Of a stretch of DNA of 64,000 nt, positions 9,767 through 19,875 are shown piece by piece; positions within the stretch are counted from its first letter, which is position 1, and every line of letters starts with the position of its first letter. The notes under the pieces are model-generated. The model ran no database searches. It was not told the origin of the DNA and was given only the letters and a program-made list of their open reading frames with translations. Position numbers and translations under genes: made by a program. This DNA comes from Anaerolineae bacterium. Its GTDB lineage: Bacteria > Chloroflexota > Anaerolineae > UBA1429. The DNA lies in the NCBI GenBank assembly GCA_963675785.1, contig OY776562.1:2560001-2624000 (forward strand). Direction: 5' to 3'.

Positions 9767-11137
9767 TCAGTAGCCAGCATTCACATAGTTGGGATCGGCG
9801 TTGGGGCCGTGGCCCAGTTCGGCCAGGCGCGCGCGGAATCCTGTCACAGCTTTGGCATAAGCGGGATCATCGATCAAGTTGTATGTCTCCCCCGGATCAG
9901 CTTCCAGGTCAAATAGCACCTCGGGCATCTCTTTTCCATAGTACTGGTACTTGAGCGCATCCTGCTTGATCATGTAGTTGGCCGTACCGAACTGCGAGAG
10001 CGCTTCATTGCTCCAATGGCTGGTGTCTCCCTGCATCAACGGCACCAGGCTGCGACTATCCAGCCCTTCGGGAATCGGAATGCCTGCTAGGTCGCAGAGG
10101 GTAGCAAAGAGATCAAGAGTGCTGACGTTCTCGTTCACCACATGACCGCCGTCAAACATGGCGGGGTAGCGAATGATGAGCGGCACACGAGCGCTGCCCT
10201 CAAAGAACTTTTGCTTTTCCCAAATACCGTGTTCACCAAGCATCTCACCATGGTCGCTGGTATAAACGATAATCCAATCGTCCAAATCCTGACCGGCAAA
10301 CTCCAAAGCCGCCATCACCTCACCATAGATTTCATCGATACGATCCACCATGCCGTAATAGGCAGCCACAGCACGACGAATCTCGCGCTCACTGGCATCG
10401 ATACCGGGTCTCACCTGACGTTGCGAAAGGAAGGGGTGCTCGAAAACCCGTTGGTTGGCAAAGGGCTGAACTCTGTTGAGGTAATACTGAAAACGTTCCT
10501 CATCGGTGAGATAGGGATAATGAGGCTGAGTGAGACCGAGCCGCAACAAAAGGGGGCGTTCGGGATTCTCGCGGTCATAATAAGTATTTAGCATCTGCCA
10601 TTCGATATAATCGATGGCACCCTGTAAGGCATAATCGTCCCACTTGTGGGTATGGCAATAGCCTACACCAGCTCGCTTGATCTCTTTGGCATCCGACCAT
10701 TTGATACCAAGCAACGACTTGGCATAGTGCGCCCATTCTTCTTGGACTTTGTCTTCGACATACTGATCATGGGTCATATTGTCAGCACCAATGCGTCGTG
10801 CCCAACCTGCCATGAGATCGGGTCCCTGGTGCATCAGACGTCCACAAGCTACCGTTTCATAGGCATAGCGCGTAAACTGGCGTGCCATGGTCATATGGCC
10901 TGGCTCAATATCCTTCCAACCCTCGCAATCACAGGTTTTGGGCATTTGTCCGGCATTGATGCACACCATGGTAGGCACAGTAATGGGCGACGGTGTATAG
11001 GCATGGTTGAACAACACACCCGTCTCGGCCAGTTTATCGAGGTTGGGTGTACGCACTACCTCGTTACCAGCAAAACCCGCCACCGTTGGTCGATGTTCAT
11101 CGCTCATCAAAAACAGGATATTAGGTCTCTTTTTCAC
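9767..11137 (-). CDS. Sulfatase-like hydrolase (choline-sulfatase-like fold) with non-canonical active site
   Basis: RPNILFLMSDEH, PHYPY, YTSDHGEMLGEHG.WEK and ARVPLII motifs; TVPTM in place of CxPxR; GTG 11137 after GAGGGGG. Confidence 0.85.
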   Translation of the reverse strand: MKKRPNILFLMSDEHRPTVAGFAGNEVVRTPNLDKLAETGVLFNHAYTPSPITVPTMVCINAGQMPKTCDCEGWKDIEPGHMTMARQFTRYAYETVACGRLMHQGPDLMAGWARRIGADNMTHDQYVEDKVQEEWAHYAKSLLGIKWSDAKEIKRAGVGYCHTHKWDDYALQGAIDYIEWQMLNTYYDRENPERPLLLRLGLTQPHYPYLTDEERFQYYLNRVQPFANQRVFEHPFLSQRQVRPGIDASEREIRRAVAAYYGMVDRIDEIYGEVMAALEFAGQDLDDWIIVYTSDHGEMLGEHGIWEKQKFFEGSARVPLIIRYPAMFDGGHVVNENVSTLDLFATLCDLAGIPIPEGLDSRSLVPLMQGDTSHWSNEALSQFGTANYMIKQDALKYQYYGKEMPEVLFDLEADPGETYNLIDDPAYAKAVTGFRARLAELGHGPNADPNYVNAGY

Positions 11138-11190
11138 GACAGTTTCCCCCTCATCGGCTAAAAAGCCTACTGACCTAGCGAGACTAGACG

Positions 11191-11228
11191 AAAAAAAAGG
11201 CACTGTCCAGTCAGACAGCGCCTTTTTT
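11191..11228. terminator. Intrinsic terminator between the oxidoreductase and sulfatase-like genes
   Basis: A8-GGCACTGTC-CAGTCA-GACAGCGCC-T6 hairpin with tracts on both sides. Confidence 0.75.
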
Positions 11229-11242
11229 CGTACCACCAAGCC

Positions 11243-12640
11243 CTACTTTTTCTCGGGTGGTTTTTCATCCTTGAAACGGAAATGTACACGCTCTGCGATT
11301 TTATCTGGGATGGGCAAGGGTTCATCGCCAGTGGGCATATCCGGGTAATCCGGCATACCAATGTTTTGCACCAAGTCCTCAATTGTGATGAGCTGCCCTG
11401 TAGCCATGGATTTGTTAGCCGCAATACCCGTCAAGATAGACCAAGCGCCAGAGCGCTGATCAGCAGCGCGCTTGTATTTGTCACCCGACTCACCAGGATG
11501 GAATACATCAGAAAGCATCACTACATCGCCACCACCGTGGCCACCTTTGCCCTCCCACACCTCGACTGGGATCGGTGAACCAAAGTGCGGGTAGATGGTG
11601 ATGGTTGTACCATCTTCTTTGAGCTCGCCCGGCACAGAACCATCGCCACTGATATAAACCGTCTCGCGGCAACGATGCTCTAAACGCCCCTTGGAGCCAT
11701 TAAAGACAATATAGTAACCTTCCCAGGGCAAAAACGTGTTCAGAGAATAGCTCATCTTGCAGCCACTCTCGTAATTGACGATGACATTCATATTGTCTTC
11801 GATATTGATCTTGTCCGAAAAGACGCATTGGTCACGATAGTAGCCGTCGTACTCTTCATTATCGAGGTACAGCTCCTTGAGCTTGTCGTTCTCTGCCAGG
11901 TCAAGGCGAAATGGGCACTTGGTCTCGGGGCAAGTATGACAGCGCTCGGTACGATTTACCAGGCCGTAACGGTCAGCCGTCGAAGGTGTGTAGAACTTGC
12001 GATGGCCAGAAGCGAAAACTGACTCAGGCACTGAAGAAAGCCACCAGTTCACCAGATCAAAGTGGTGTGTGGCCTTGTGGACCATCAAACCGCCCGAATT
12101 AGCCTTGTCGCGGTGCCAGCGTCGGAAATAGTCGGCGCCGTGGGAAGTGTCGAGCATCCAGTGAAAGTCTACCGAAAGAACCTCGCCGATGACACCGGAC
12201 ATGAGCAGATCCTTGACCTGGGTCCGCGGTGGAGAGTAGCGATAGTTAAAAGTAACCAGGCACTGCTTACCCGTGCGCTTTTGGGCATCAAGAATGGCCG
12301 CGCACTTTTTGTCATCGGTAGTCATGGGTTTTTCAGTGATCACGTCGCAGCCGGCTTCCATAGCACGAATGATGTATTCGTCGTGGAAGCAGTCCTTGGT
12401 CGTCACAATGACGACATCCGGTTTGCGCTCGGCAATCATATCTTCAAAGTGCTTTTCATCATAGGCAACGACATCGCAACCATTCTCGATCGCCCAATCA
12501 TAGCGAAGCTTGAGGCGACCTTCATTCATATCACAAAGCCCGACAAGCTCACACGTGTCGGCAAATGTCTCTACAATCGCCGTCGAGTACATCCATGATC
12601 TACTTCCCAGACCAACCTGTGCAAAGCGCTTCTTTGTCAT
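11243..12640 (-). CDS. Gfo/Idh/MocA family oxidoreductase (YteT-like)
   Basis: VGLGSR, TEKP, FNYRY, HGADYFRRWHR, HKATHHFD and GHGGGD motifs. Confidence 0.9.
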   Translation of the reverse strand: MTKKRFAQVGLGSRSWMYSTAIVETFADTCELVGLCDMNEGRLKLRYDWAIENGCDVVAYDEKHFEDMIAERKPDVVIVTTKDCFHDEYIIRAMEAGCDVITEKPMTTDDKKCAAILDAQKRTGKQCLVTFNYRYSPPRTQVKDLLMSGVIGEVLSVDFHWMLDTSHGADYFRRWHRDKANSGGLMVHKATHHFDLVNWWLSSVPESVFASGHRKFYTPSTADRYGLVNRTERCHTCPETKCPFRLDLAENDKLKELYLDNEEYDGYYRDQCVFSDKINIEDNMNVIVNYESGCKMSYSLNTFLPWEGYYIVFNGSKGRLEHRCRETVYISGDGSVPGELKEDGTTITIYPHFGSPIPVEVWEGKGGHGGGDVVMLSDVFHPGESGDKYKRAADQRSGAWSILTGIAANKSMATGQLITIEDLVQNIGMPDYPDMPTGDEPLPIPDKIAERVHFRFKDEKPPEKK

Positions 12641-12731
12641 CGTTTCACCTTTCTACGAAATCACAAGAGCGATAAACGGTTATGCCGTCATCTGAGCGTA
12701 TGCTACTTGACTGCTAAAACTTGTGCAAGTG

Positions 12732-14474
12732 CTATGACTCACTTTGTCTGGCCAACCACAAGGGGTAAGGCTCATCTCGTTCGTAAAGCCAACATGCATA
12801 CAAGAATCGGTACACGTCGTGAACGTAAAACTGAGGACAAGGTTTATTCGGCAGTGCCTGCATGAGGCTAGTAAGCACCCTTTCGGCCATGTTCTCATCC
12901 AGGCCTTTAGAAACCTCATAATCAAAGTAAATAGCCAAATCCCGTCGGGATTCATTAACAACGCGAGTAATGCCATATTGTTCGGGCTGTTCATAAGCAG
13001 GCGAGTATTTTTCCAGGGAAAAGGTGCCGATACCTGCCGAATGAATAGAGTCCTGATGGGCGTACAAAAAATTAACCGTCTCCTGAGCCTCATCCATCGT
13101 TTCCGTGGGAAAGCCAAAGAAAAAGAAAACGTGGTTCCACAATCCGGCCTGGGCTCCGTCGCGCAGTACGCGGCTCATCGTATCAATAGAGGTTCCCTTG
13201 ACCATGTGCGCAGACACGCGAGGTGAAGCCGATTCCAAACCGTAAAAAAGCATGCGGCAGCCGCCCTGCACCATCTTTTGCAGTAACTCGGGACTGAATG
13301 TTTTGTCCAACCGGGCGCAGGTTGCATAGTGCACAGGTGAACCCAATTCAGTCAACAAACCTGACATGTGTCGAAAATTCCGCGGTGTGATGGCCTCGTC
13401 ACCAAAGATGACATGGCGCACACCGTATTTCTCCTTGACGCCAACAAGCTGTTGAACCACACGCTCTGGTGAAAGCTGGCTAAAGCGGTTTTCTTCTCCA
13501 TAACCCACATTACAAAAGGCACACTTGCCATGGTAGCAGCCTCGTGCTGTCATCAGAGGTAACACAGGTTCCGGTGCCAGATATAGTTCGAGAGGCAATC
13601 CAGCAAAGTCTGGATCGGGCAAGTCCATCATCGGGATAGGCGCAATATACGCTGTCTGCAGCACGCGCTCGTTATCTTTGTACAACAAGTTCGGTACTAT
13701 AGAAAAATCGGGGGTGTCTTTCTCTAGTTGCTCCGCCAAAATTCGGAGTGGCTCCTCACCCTCAAACACTACGGCCGAATCAAAAACGTCCAAAATCTCG
13801 GGCACCAGCATGATCTGCTCCCGCAGCATAGTGATATGCGGTCCACCGACTGTGATATGCCCCTTGTAATCATGCTTTTTGAGGAGCGCGGCAACGGTCA
13901 ATCCGGCCAAAAACTGGGCCTGTGTGGGGATCGAAATGCCGACAAGCTCTGGGTCATCGGCCATGATGCTGGCCACAAGCCCATCTTCAAAAAGGCCATA
14001 GAAGAAGTTCTCAGAAGGGGAACGGACTAAACGCATCAGATCATCGCTCACCTCTTCGGCACCCCCAGCTTGAAAGCTCGAATAATCAAGCCTCGATGGT
14101 GCATAGGGTAACGAGGCAAGTTCCAAAGCATCCATCAGCGTAGCAAATGCCTCGGCCCCAGTCGCACCTTCATAAAAGGCGTCGCTTCGCATGACCCCTT
14201 TGGCACGCTCTACCTGCGCAATAAGACGCGCCGCATTGTCTCTTACCCAAACTACAGGTGTACTGTCAGGTGCAAGATGACGAAAACGACGCTTGAAGGC
14301 TCTTTCAGCTCGCTGCAGATAACGCCTAGATAGCATTTTATCCATGCACTCGACATTGAGATCGCGCTGCGTCACCTGATGCCCATGCAATTGGAGATAT
14401 GCCTTGAGTACAGGTGTTGCCAGATGCGGCATCGCGGGCGTCCAGCTAGGGGGAAATAACAAGGTGATTCTCAT
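12732..14474 (-). CDS. B12-binding domain radical SAM protein
   Basis: N-terminal LLFPPSW.P..PHLA, ITVGGPH, GEGE-like FEGEE, RGCYHGKCAFC cluster motif, GLES; likely ATG 14474 after GAGG. Confidence 0.85.
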   Translation of the reverse strand: MRITLLFPPSWTPAMPHLATPVLKAYLQLHGHQVTQRDLNVECMDKMLSRRYLQRAERAFKRRFRHLAPDSTPVVWVRDNAARLIAQVERAKGVMRSDAFYEGATGAEAFATLMDALELASLPYAPSRLDYSSFQAGGAEEVSDDLMRLVRSPSENFFYGLFEDGLVASIMADDPELVGISIPTQAQFLAGLTVAALLKKHDYKGHITVGGPHITMLREQIMLVPEILDVFDSAVVFEGEEPLRILAEQLEKDTPDFSIVPNLLYKDNERVLQTAYIAPIPMMDLPDPDFAGLPLELYLAPEPVLPLMTARGCYHGKCAFCNVGYGEENRFSQLSPERVVQQLVGVKEKYGVRHVIFGDEAITPRNFRHMSGLLTELGSPVHYATCARLDKTFSPELLQKMVQGGCRMLFYGLESASPRVSAHMVKGTSIDTMSRVLRDGAQAGLWNHVFFFFGFPTETMDEAQETVNFLYAHQDSIHSAGIGTFSLEKYSPAYEQPEQYGITRVVNESRRDLAIYFDYEVSKGLDENMAERVLTSLMQALPNKPCPQFYVHDVYRFLYACWLYERDEPYPLWLARQSES

Positions 14475-14497
14475 CAACAACCTCGTACTAGGTATCC

Positions 14498-14537
14498 AAA
14501 AGAACACTGGGAGGCGGCTCTCGCCTCCTCCCAGTGT
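14498..14537 (-). terminator. Intrinsic terminator after the ABC ATPase gene
   Basis: ACACTGGGAGG...CCTCCCAGTGT inverted repeat followed by TCTTTT on the minus strand. Confidence 0.7.
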
Positions 14538-14559
14538 ACACTGTAAATGTATCTTTTGG

Positions 14560-15582
14560 CTACCGATACAGATGGCAACGAGCGTAATGCGCATCGCCAA
14601 CTTTGACGTCCGGCGGGTCCTGTGTATCGCACAGACCCGGCATGAACTCTCGACAGCGCGGATAGAACGGGCATCCAGTCGGGATATTGTACGGATCAGG
14701 CACAGTACCTTTGATCGACTCGAGTCGCTCACGGCTCTTCATGCCCACACGTGGAATTGAGCGAAGCAATGCCTGGGTATACGGATGTTTGGCATCGTAA
14801 AAGATTTGATCCGTTGTGCCAGACTCGACAACCTTACCCAAGTACATGACGATAACATCGCGTGTCATCTGAGCCACAACACCCAGGTTATGGGTGATGA
14901 ACATGATGGCCATACCAAGATCATCCTGAAGCGACCGCATCAGCGTGAGGATCTGCGCTTCTGTAGTCACATCCAAAGCCGTGGTCGGCTCATCCGCGAT
15001 CAGCAAGGCCGGCTCGCAGCACAACCCCATAGCGATAACGCCACGCTGGCGCATACCACCCGAGAGTTCGTGCGGGTAACGATCTACCGTTCGAGAAGGA
15101 TCAGGCATGCCCACTTTATGAAGCATGTCGATAGTGATCTCGCGGGCCTCTTGCTTGTTGACATCTTGATGCAGCAAGATGGATTCCATGATCTGGGAAC
15201 CAATGGTGTGCACCGGGCTCAGCGAAGTCATGGGCTCTTGAAAGACCATGCCAATCTCACCACCGCGGATGGCACGCATCTCGGGACCTTTTTCGTCCAT
15301 CTCGGTCAGTTCGAGCACTTCTTTTTGCTCGGTTCCATCAGGGCCCTTCGAATAGCGATGATATCGAATTGAACCCTCGGTAATGCGCCCGGGCCGGGCC
15401 ACAATGCGCATTACCGAACGAGCCGTCACCGATTTGCCACAACCGCTTTCTCCTACCACGCCCAAGGTCTGGCCGCGGTAAAGAGTAAAGCTGGCATCTT
15501 CAACTGCGTGGACGGTACCCTCGTCCAAGAAAAACTGTGTATAGAGGTTCTTAACCTCAAGCAGCAGCTCTCTATCTGCCAT
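14560..15582 (-). CDS. Opp/Dpp-family ABC transporter ATP-binding protein (OppD-like)
   Basis: GESGCGKS Walker [24 protein letters not shown]-terminal GCPFYPRC...CH. Confidence 0.93.
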   Translation of the reverse strand: MADRELLLEVKNLYTQFFLDEGTVHAVEDASFTLYRGQTLGVVGESGCGKSVTARSVMRIVARPGRITEGSIRYHRYSKGPDGTEQKEVLELTEMDEKGPEMRAIRGGEIGMVFQEPMTSLSPVHTIGSQIMESILLHQDVNKQEAREITIDMLHKVGMPDPSRTVDRYPHELSGGMRQRGVIAMGLCCEPALLIADEPTTALDVTTEAQILTLMRSLQDDLGMAIMFITHNLGVVAQMTRDVIVMYLGKVVESGTTDQIFYDAKHPYTQALLRSIPRVGMKSRERLESIKGTVPDPYNIPTGCPFYPRCREFMPGLCDTQDPPDVKVGDAHYARCHLYR

Positions 15583-15609
15583 AGCTAGATACTCCCCTCG
15601 CTCTTACTA

Positions 15610-16776
15610 TTACCTGGCGTACGGATCGGCGGCATCGCGCAAGCCATCACCCAAAAAGTTGAAACAGAGGACGGCTATTACGACGAACAAACCGGGCAAC
15701 AAAACCCATGGAGCCAGAACCACCGAACGCAAGTTCTGGGATTCCTGTAGTAACACACCCCAACTAATAGCAGGTGCACGCAATCCCAGGCCGATAAAAC
15801 TCAAACCCGTCTCGCCGATGATCATGCTCGGAATAGCAAGTGTCAGATTAGCGATAATATAGCTCATAAACGATGGAACCATATGCCGCCAGATTATCCG
15901 CCACTCGCTTGATCCAGCAAGTGAAGCTGCCATAACAAAGTCTTCCTCACGCAAGGCCAAAAAGCGCCCGCGAACCACTCGAGCCAAACCAGTCCAGCTA
16001 ATCAAGGAGAGAATGATGGTAATACCAAAATACACCTTGATGACTGGCCAGTCAGCGGGCAACGCAGCGCTCAAAGCCATCCACAGCGGGATCGTGGGAA
16101 TGGAACGGATAAACTCGATAAGACGCTGGATCAGGTTATCAAGCCAGCCGCCATAGTAACCAGAAAGGCCGCCTAGCATGATTCCCAAAATCAGGCTGAT
16201 AAAGACACCGATCAGACCGATGGACAGGGACAATCTTGAACCATATATAACGCGCGAGAACAAGTCTCGTCCAAGACGATCGGCGCCTAACACGAATATG
16301 CCCTGTTCAGCTTGTTCGACCCTGAGGCCAAACAAATGGGTGTCCATCTCAATCAGGCCCCAGAGCTCGTAAGAGGTACCGGGCGAGAAGAGATCGATTG
16401 TGTAACGGATCGATGTGTTCTCAGTATAGATGCTCCGCAGCGTTTCTGGATCACGAGTACGGTCGATCGAGTAAACGAACGGCCAATGAATATTACCGTC
16501 CTCATCAAAAATGTGAATATTAGTCGGCGGACACAGTTTGTACTGAGGGAAAAACTGCTCCGGGTCATACGGTGCCACAAATTCACAAAGAACCGGGCCA
16601 GCCAGATACATGATGATTAAAATCACAAGAGAAATCACGGCCAACTTGTGCTTTTTAAAACGCCAGCGCATCAGCTGTCCTGCTGTAGCGACGTATATCT
16701 TTTCTTCACCGCTTGCTACATCTTGCAGTGAGTCTTCGAGCTCTATATCCCGCAGATCTTTCATGTCAGATGTCAT
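15610..16776 (-). CDS. Opp/Dpp-family ABC permease (OppC-like)
   Basis: LGADRLGRD, EDFVMAA..AG EAA loop, LSFIGLG, SWG, NFLGDGLRDAADP. Confidence 0.93.
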   Translation of the reverse strand: MTSDMKDLRDIELEDSLQDVASGEEKIYVATAGQLMRWRFKKHKLAVISLVILIIMYLAGPVLCEFVAPYDPEQFFPQYKLCPPTNIHIFDEDGNIHWPFVYSIDRTRDPETLRSIYTENTSIRYTIDLFSPGTSYELWGLIEMDTHLFGLRVEQAEQGIFVLGADRLGRDLFSRVIYGSRLSLSIGLIGVFISLILGIMLGGLSGYYGGWLDNLIQRLIEFIRSIPTIPLWMALSAALPADWPVIKVYFGITIILSLISWTGLARVVRGRFLALREEDFVMAASLAGSSEWRIIWRHMVPSFMSYIIANLTLAIPSMIIGETGLSFIGLGLRAPAISWGVLLQESQNLRSVVLAPWVLLPGLFVVIAVLCFNFLGDGLRDAADPYAR

Positions 16777-16781
16777 TTGTC

Positions 16782-17771
16782 TTACCTCGAGATACGAATA
16801 CGCGGATCGACAATCGCCAGCAGGATGTCAGAGAACAGTGTTCCTATGACCGTCAGCGTACTCAGCAAGAGAATAAAGCTTCCTGCCAGGTACATGTCCT
16901 GCGAGGTCAACGCTCTCAACATCATCGGGCCCGTCGTTTGCAGACTCAACACAACTGCCACCAGCGTCGTGCCGGAGATCAGGTTCGCCAACGACCAACC
17001 CAATGTGCTAAAGAACGGGTTCATGGACACGCGTACCGGATACTTCCAGATCAGCTTGCGCTCTTTGACACCCTTGGCCCGCGCCGTCTCGACATAAGGC
17101 TTGTTCAATTCGTCCAACAGGTTGGCACGCGTTGTACGAATGGTCCCCGCTGTGCTGTTGAACAACAGTACGACAACAGGTATCCACATGTGCTGTAACA
17201 AATCCACAGCCTTTGCCCAGGACCATGGCGCCAGGATGAACTCTTCCGAGAACAGGCCTCCCACATTCAGCCCAAGCTGTGACATCGCAAACCACATCAC
17301 CAGCAGGGCAATCAAAAAGCCCGGCGTTCCTACTCCTACAAAACTGATAAAAGTCATAAAGTAGTCCAGGAACGAGTATTGGTGTGTGGCCGAGTAAACA
17401 CCCACTGGTATCGCAATAAACCAGCTCAAGATCATGGTCGTCGCCGAAAGCGCTACCGTCAAGCCCAGGCGCTCCCAGATCAGATCCTTTACCGGCTTTT
17501 GCCACTCCATCGACTGTCCCCAGTCGCCTCGCAGTAGAATGCCGCTGATCCATTTGTAGTACTGCACATAGACCGGCTGGCCCAGTCCATAACGGGCCTC
17601 TAGCGCTGCGATTTCTTCCGCGTCAATGTCTTCGCCTTCCATACGCAGCTGGGCCACATAGGAGGTCAAATAATCGCCGGGCGGTAGCTGGATGACCACG
17701 AAGGAGATGATCGAGATGACGATCAACGTCGGGATCATGTACAAAACGCGCTTTAAAATATAACCAAACAT
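16782..17771 (-). CDS. Opp/Dpp-family ABC permease (OppB-like), copy 1
   Basis: YILKR, LPPGD, GDWGQS, YVETARAKG EAA loop, DPRIR C-terminus. Confidence 0.93.
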   Translation of the reverse strand: MFGYILKRVLYMIPTLIVISIISFVVIQLPPGDYLTSYVAQLRMEGEDIDAEEIAALEARYGLGQPVYVQYYKWISGILLRGDWGQSMEWQKPVKDLIWERLGLTVALSATTMILSWFIAIPVGVYSATHQYSFLDYFMTFISFVGVGTPGFLIALLVMWFAMSQLGLNVGGLFSEEFILAPWSWAKAVDLLQHMWIPVVVLLFNSTAGTIRTTRANLLDELNKPYVETARAKGVKERKLIWKYPVRVSMNPFFSTLGWSLANLISGTTLVAVVLSLQTTGPMMLRALTSQDMYLAGSFILLLSTLTVIGTLFSDILLAIVDPRIRISR

Positions 17772-17857
17772 TCAACCCTCCACATTCTTACGCTATGCGC
17801 AGTGGTCTCAACCAAACTGCGCCAAGTTCAGCGTTAGGATTGTCTCCTAGTCGGACT

Positions 17858-18901
17858 CTAATGCTTTTCTGTTCGTCCCATCACGCCCATCAGACGCAGT
17901 TCTTCAGCACGATGGCAGGCCACAAAGTGATCCGTTTTGAGTTCACGAAGCTTGGGCTCTTCCATACGACACTTGTCTACTGCGTAACGGCAACGTGGAT
18001 GGAAATAACATCCGCTGGGGGGATTAGCCGGATTAGCAACTTCACCCTCCAGCACCAGTGGCTCTGTGTGGTTACGAGGATCAGGACGTGGAACAGCCGA
18101 CAGAAGAGCTTCTGTATAAGGATGCATGGGGTTGACGTAAAGTTCTTCAGTAGTGGCGCTTTCAACTAGCTTGCCAACATACATAACGGCCACGCGGTCG
18201 CTGATGTGCTCAACAACAGAGAGATCATGAGCGACAAACAGATAAGTAAGGCCAAACTCTTCCTGCAAGTCCTGGAGCAGGTTAAGTACCTGAGCCTGAA
18301 CAGAAACATCCAAGGCTGACACAGGCTCATCGCAGACGACTAACTTGGGGTTTGTTGCCAGCGCACGAGCAATACCAATTCTCTGGCGCTGACCACCGCT
18401 AAAGGCGTGCGGATACCGAACAAGATACTCTGGCCGCAGGCCCACAACCCGCAGCAGTTCGGAGACGCGATCCTCTAACTCCTGACCCTTACAGATGCCA
18501 TTCACCAACAAAGGCTCGCCCACAATCGAGAGCAGCGTCATACGAGGGTTCAGTGATGAATATGGATCTTGAAAGATCATTTGTGCGTTGGCACGAATCG
18601 ACTTGAGCTCTTCCCTATCAAGCTTGGCAATATCGACAAGTCCTAGTTCTGGATCCTTGAACCAGATCTCGCCAGCTGTAGGTTCATACGCCCGCAAGAT
18701 TGTACGACCAGTGGTCGTCTTTCCGCATCCGCTTTCCCCTACAAGACCCAGTGTTTCCCCTTCACGAACAAAGAGATTAACCCCGTCAACGGCTTTGACA
18801 TTGCCAACCGTTCGCGAGAAAAATCCCTTCTTGATGGGGAACCACTTTCTCAAGTCTTTGACTTCGAGTAGTACGTTCTCATCATGAAGCTGTTCCGGCA
18901 T
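17858..18901 (-). CDS. Opp/Dpp-family ABC transporter ATP-binding protein (OppF-like)
   Basis: [38 protein letters not shown]; GGAGAGG RBS. Confidence 0.93.
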   Translation of the reverse strand: MPEQLHDENVLLEVKDLRKWFPIKKGFFSRTVGNVKAVDGVNLFVREGETLGLVGESGCGKTTTGRTILRAYEPTAGEIWFKDPELGLVDIAKLDREELKSIRANAQMIFQDPYSSLNPRMTLLSIVGEPLLVNGICKGQELEDRVSELLRVVGLRPEYLVRYPHAFSGGQRQRIGIARALATNPKLVVCDEPVSALDVSVQAQVLNLLQDLQEEFGLTYLFVAHDLSVVEHISDRVAVMYVGKLVESATTEELYVNPMHPYTEALLSAVPRPDPRNHTEPLVLEGEVANPANPPSGCYFHPRCRYAVDKCRMEEPKLRELKTDHFVACHRAEELRLMGVMGRTEKH

Positions 18902-19040
18902 CCTCTCCCTCTCCTTACGTAGTGAGACTACGGTGTAACGGTAATCCCTGCCAGCAAACCGGCGCGAAACGGCTCGCCAACAACGGAGAACAAAATAGGG
19001 TCAAGAACAACAAGGCGCAAATCCATTCGAGAGGGTCGAT

Positions 19041-19084
19041 AAAAAACAAACGGCGCAAAGGCATAGTTTGCCTTCTCGCCGTTT
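19041..19084 (-). terminator. Leader (attenuator-like) intrinsic terminator upstream of the ABC operon
   Basis: Minus strand AAACGGCG-AG-AAGGCA-AACTA-TGCCTT-TG-CGCCGTTT-GTTTTTT, lying between the promoter and oppF. Confidence 0.7.
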
Positions 19085-19091
19085 CTAACAG

Positions 19092-19166
19092 CTAACGCCA
19101 CCCTGCATCGAAAGAGAACCGATCTACAATCGAGGCTCGTCCTCGCGCCTTGTTCAGAGATCCCAC
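19092..19166 (-). CDS. Putative 24-aa leader peptide MGSLNKARGRASIVDRFSFDAGWR
   Basis: GTG start after AAGGAGAG RBS just downstream of a consensus promoter; TAG stop 7 nt before the leader terminator. Confidence 0.4.
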   Translation of the reverse strand: MGSLNKARGRASIVDRFSFDAGWR

Positions 19167-19195
19167 AAAATCTCTCCTTAACCCCCAATGCAGCG

Positions 19196-19224
19196 ATTAT
19201 AGAACCTTCAAAAGCGACTGTCAA
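19196..19224 (-). promoter_or_regulatory. Consensus sigma70 promoter of the ABC operon
   Basis: TTGACA (19224-19219), 17 bp, TATAAT (19201-19196). Confidence 0.85.
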
Positions 19225-19560
19225 AAAGCGTTTGAATTCTCTGAACCGCGTCTGAATATTCTCAGAAACGCCTGACAGTATGCTCCTAGCATCGCCGCCA
19301 AAATACCAAATTAGCACATTATCTGGGCAACCTACTCGTGATACAATCAACAACGAGCTTATGCCCTGTCACTATCATATTGGGTAGATCGACTAGATAG
19401 CACACATACAATCGTCGTCCACTGTTCGTCTTGATTTCCCGACACAACCGAGCCAAATCATCAGTACGCCCAGTTGCGAATTGAACGCGTAAAGAACATG
19501 CTTTTGCCTACATTATGACAATAGTAAACAGCATGCAACCTCTGGACACCCAAACTAGGG

Positions 19561-19866
19561 TTATACGCGAGGTGCAATAATCACAACATACTTGAGGTTG
19601 CTATCGCCTGTGTTTACGAGTCCATGCTCAATCGCAGCGTCCAATATGATGGCTTCACCTGCTGCTAGGTCAATGCTCTCATCTGGCATCTCGACGCGTC
19701 CATTACCTTCTAGCGCCAAGAAACATTCTGTTCCCTGATGTTTGTGAGGCGGATGGGCCCGAGTTCCGGGCCCAATCTCGCTAATGTGAACGGTCAGATC
19801 ATCTTTGGATGCACCGTTTGCATAGATTAAAGCCTTCAATCCCTTGGCAGTTGTCTTCTCAAACAT
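19561..19866 (-). CDS. Cupin domain protein
   Basis: HPPHKHQGTE and EHGLVN cupin metal motifs. Confidence 0.85.
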   Translation of the reverse strand: MFEKTTAKGLKALIYANGASKDDLTVHISEIGPGTRAHPPHKHQGTECFLALEGNGRVEMPDESIDLAAGEAIILDAAIEHGLVNTGDSNLKYVVIIAPRV

Positions 19867-19875
19867 CTTTTCCCC

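Noticed and set aside
14475-14732. Long N-terminal extensions in the ORF track for the radical SAM gene (and similarly lpdA, sulfatase, oppB3, trxA, lexA)
   Set aside because: They overlap neighbouring genes, terminators or promoters, and downstream starts have clear RBS sequences.
17008-17553. 181-aa alternative-frame ORF present in both oppB copies (also 22467-23012)
   Set aside because: Its duplication is a by-product of the oppB duplication; there is no independent coding signal.
18950-19065. c-di-GMP-I riboswitch-like words (GCAAA, CCATTCGAGAG, CGCAAAG) on the plus strand
   Set aside because: Wrong strand for the downstream operon, and the pairing and spacing do not fit the consensus.
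18928-19353. 141-aa ORF in the oppF upstream region
   Set aside because: Spans a consensus promoter and a terminator, and has no RBS or recognisable motif.
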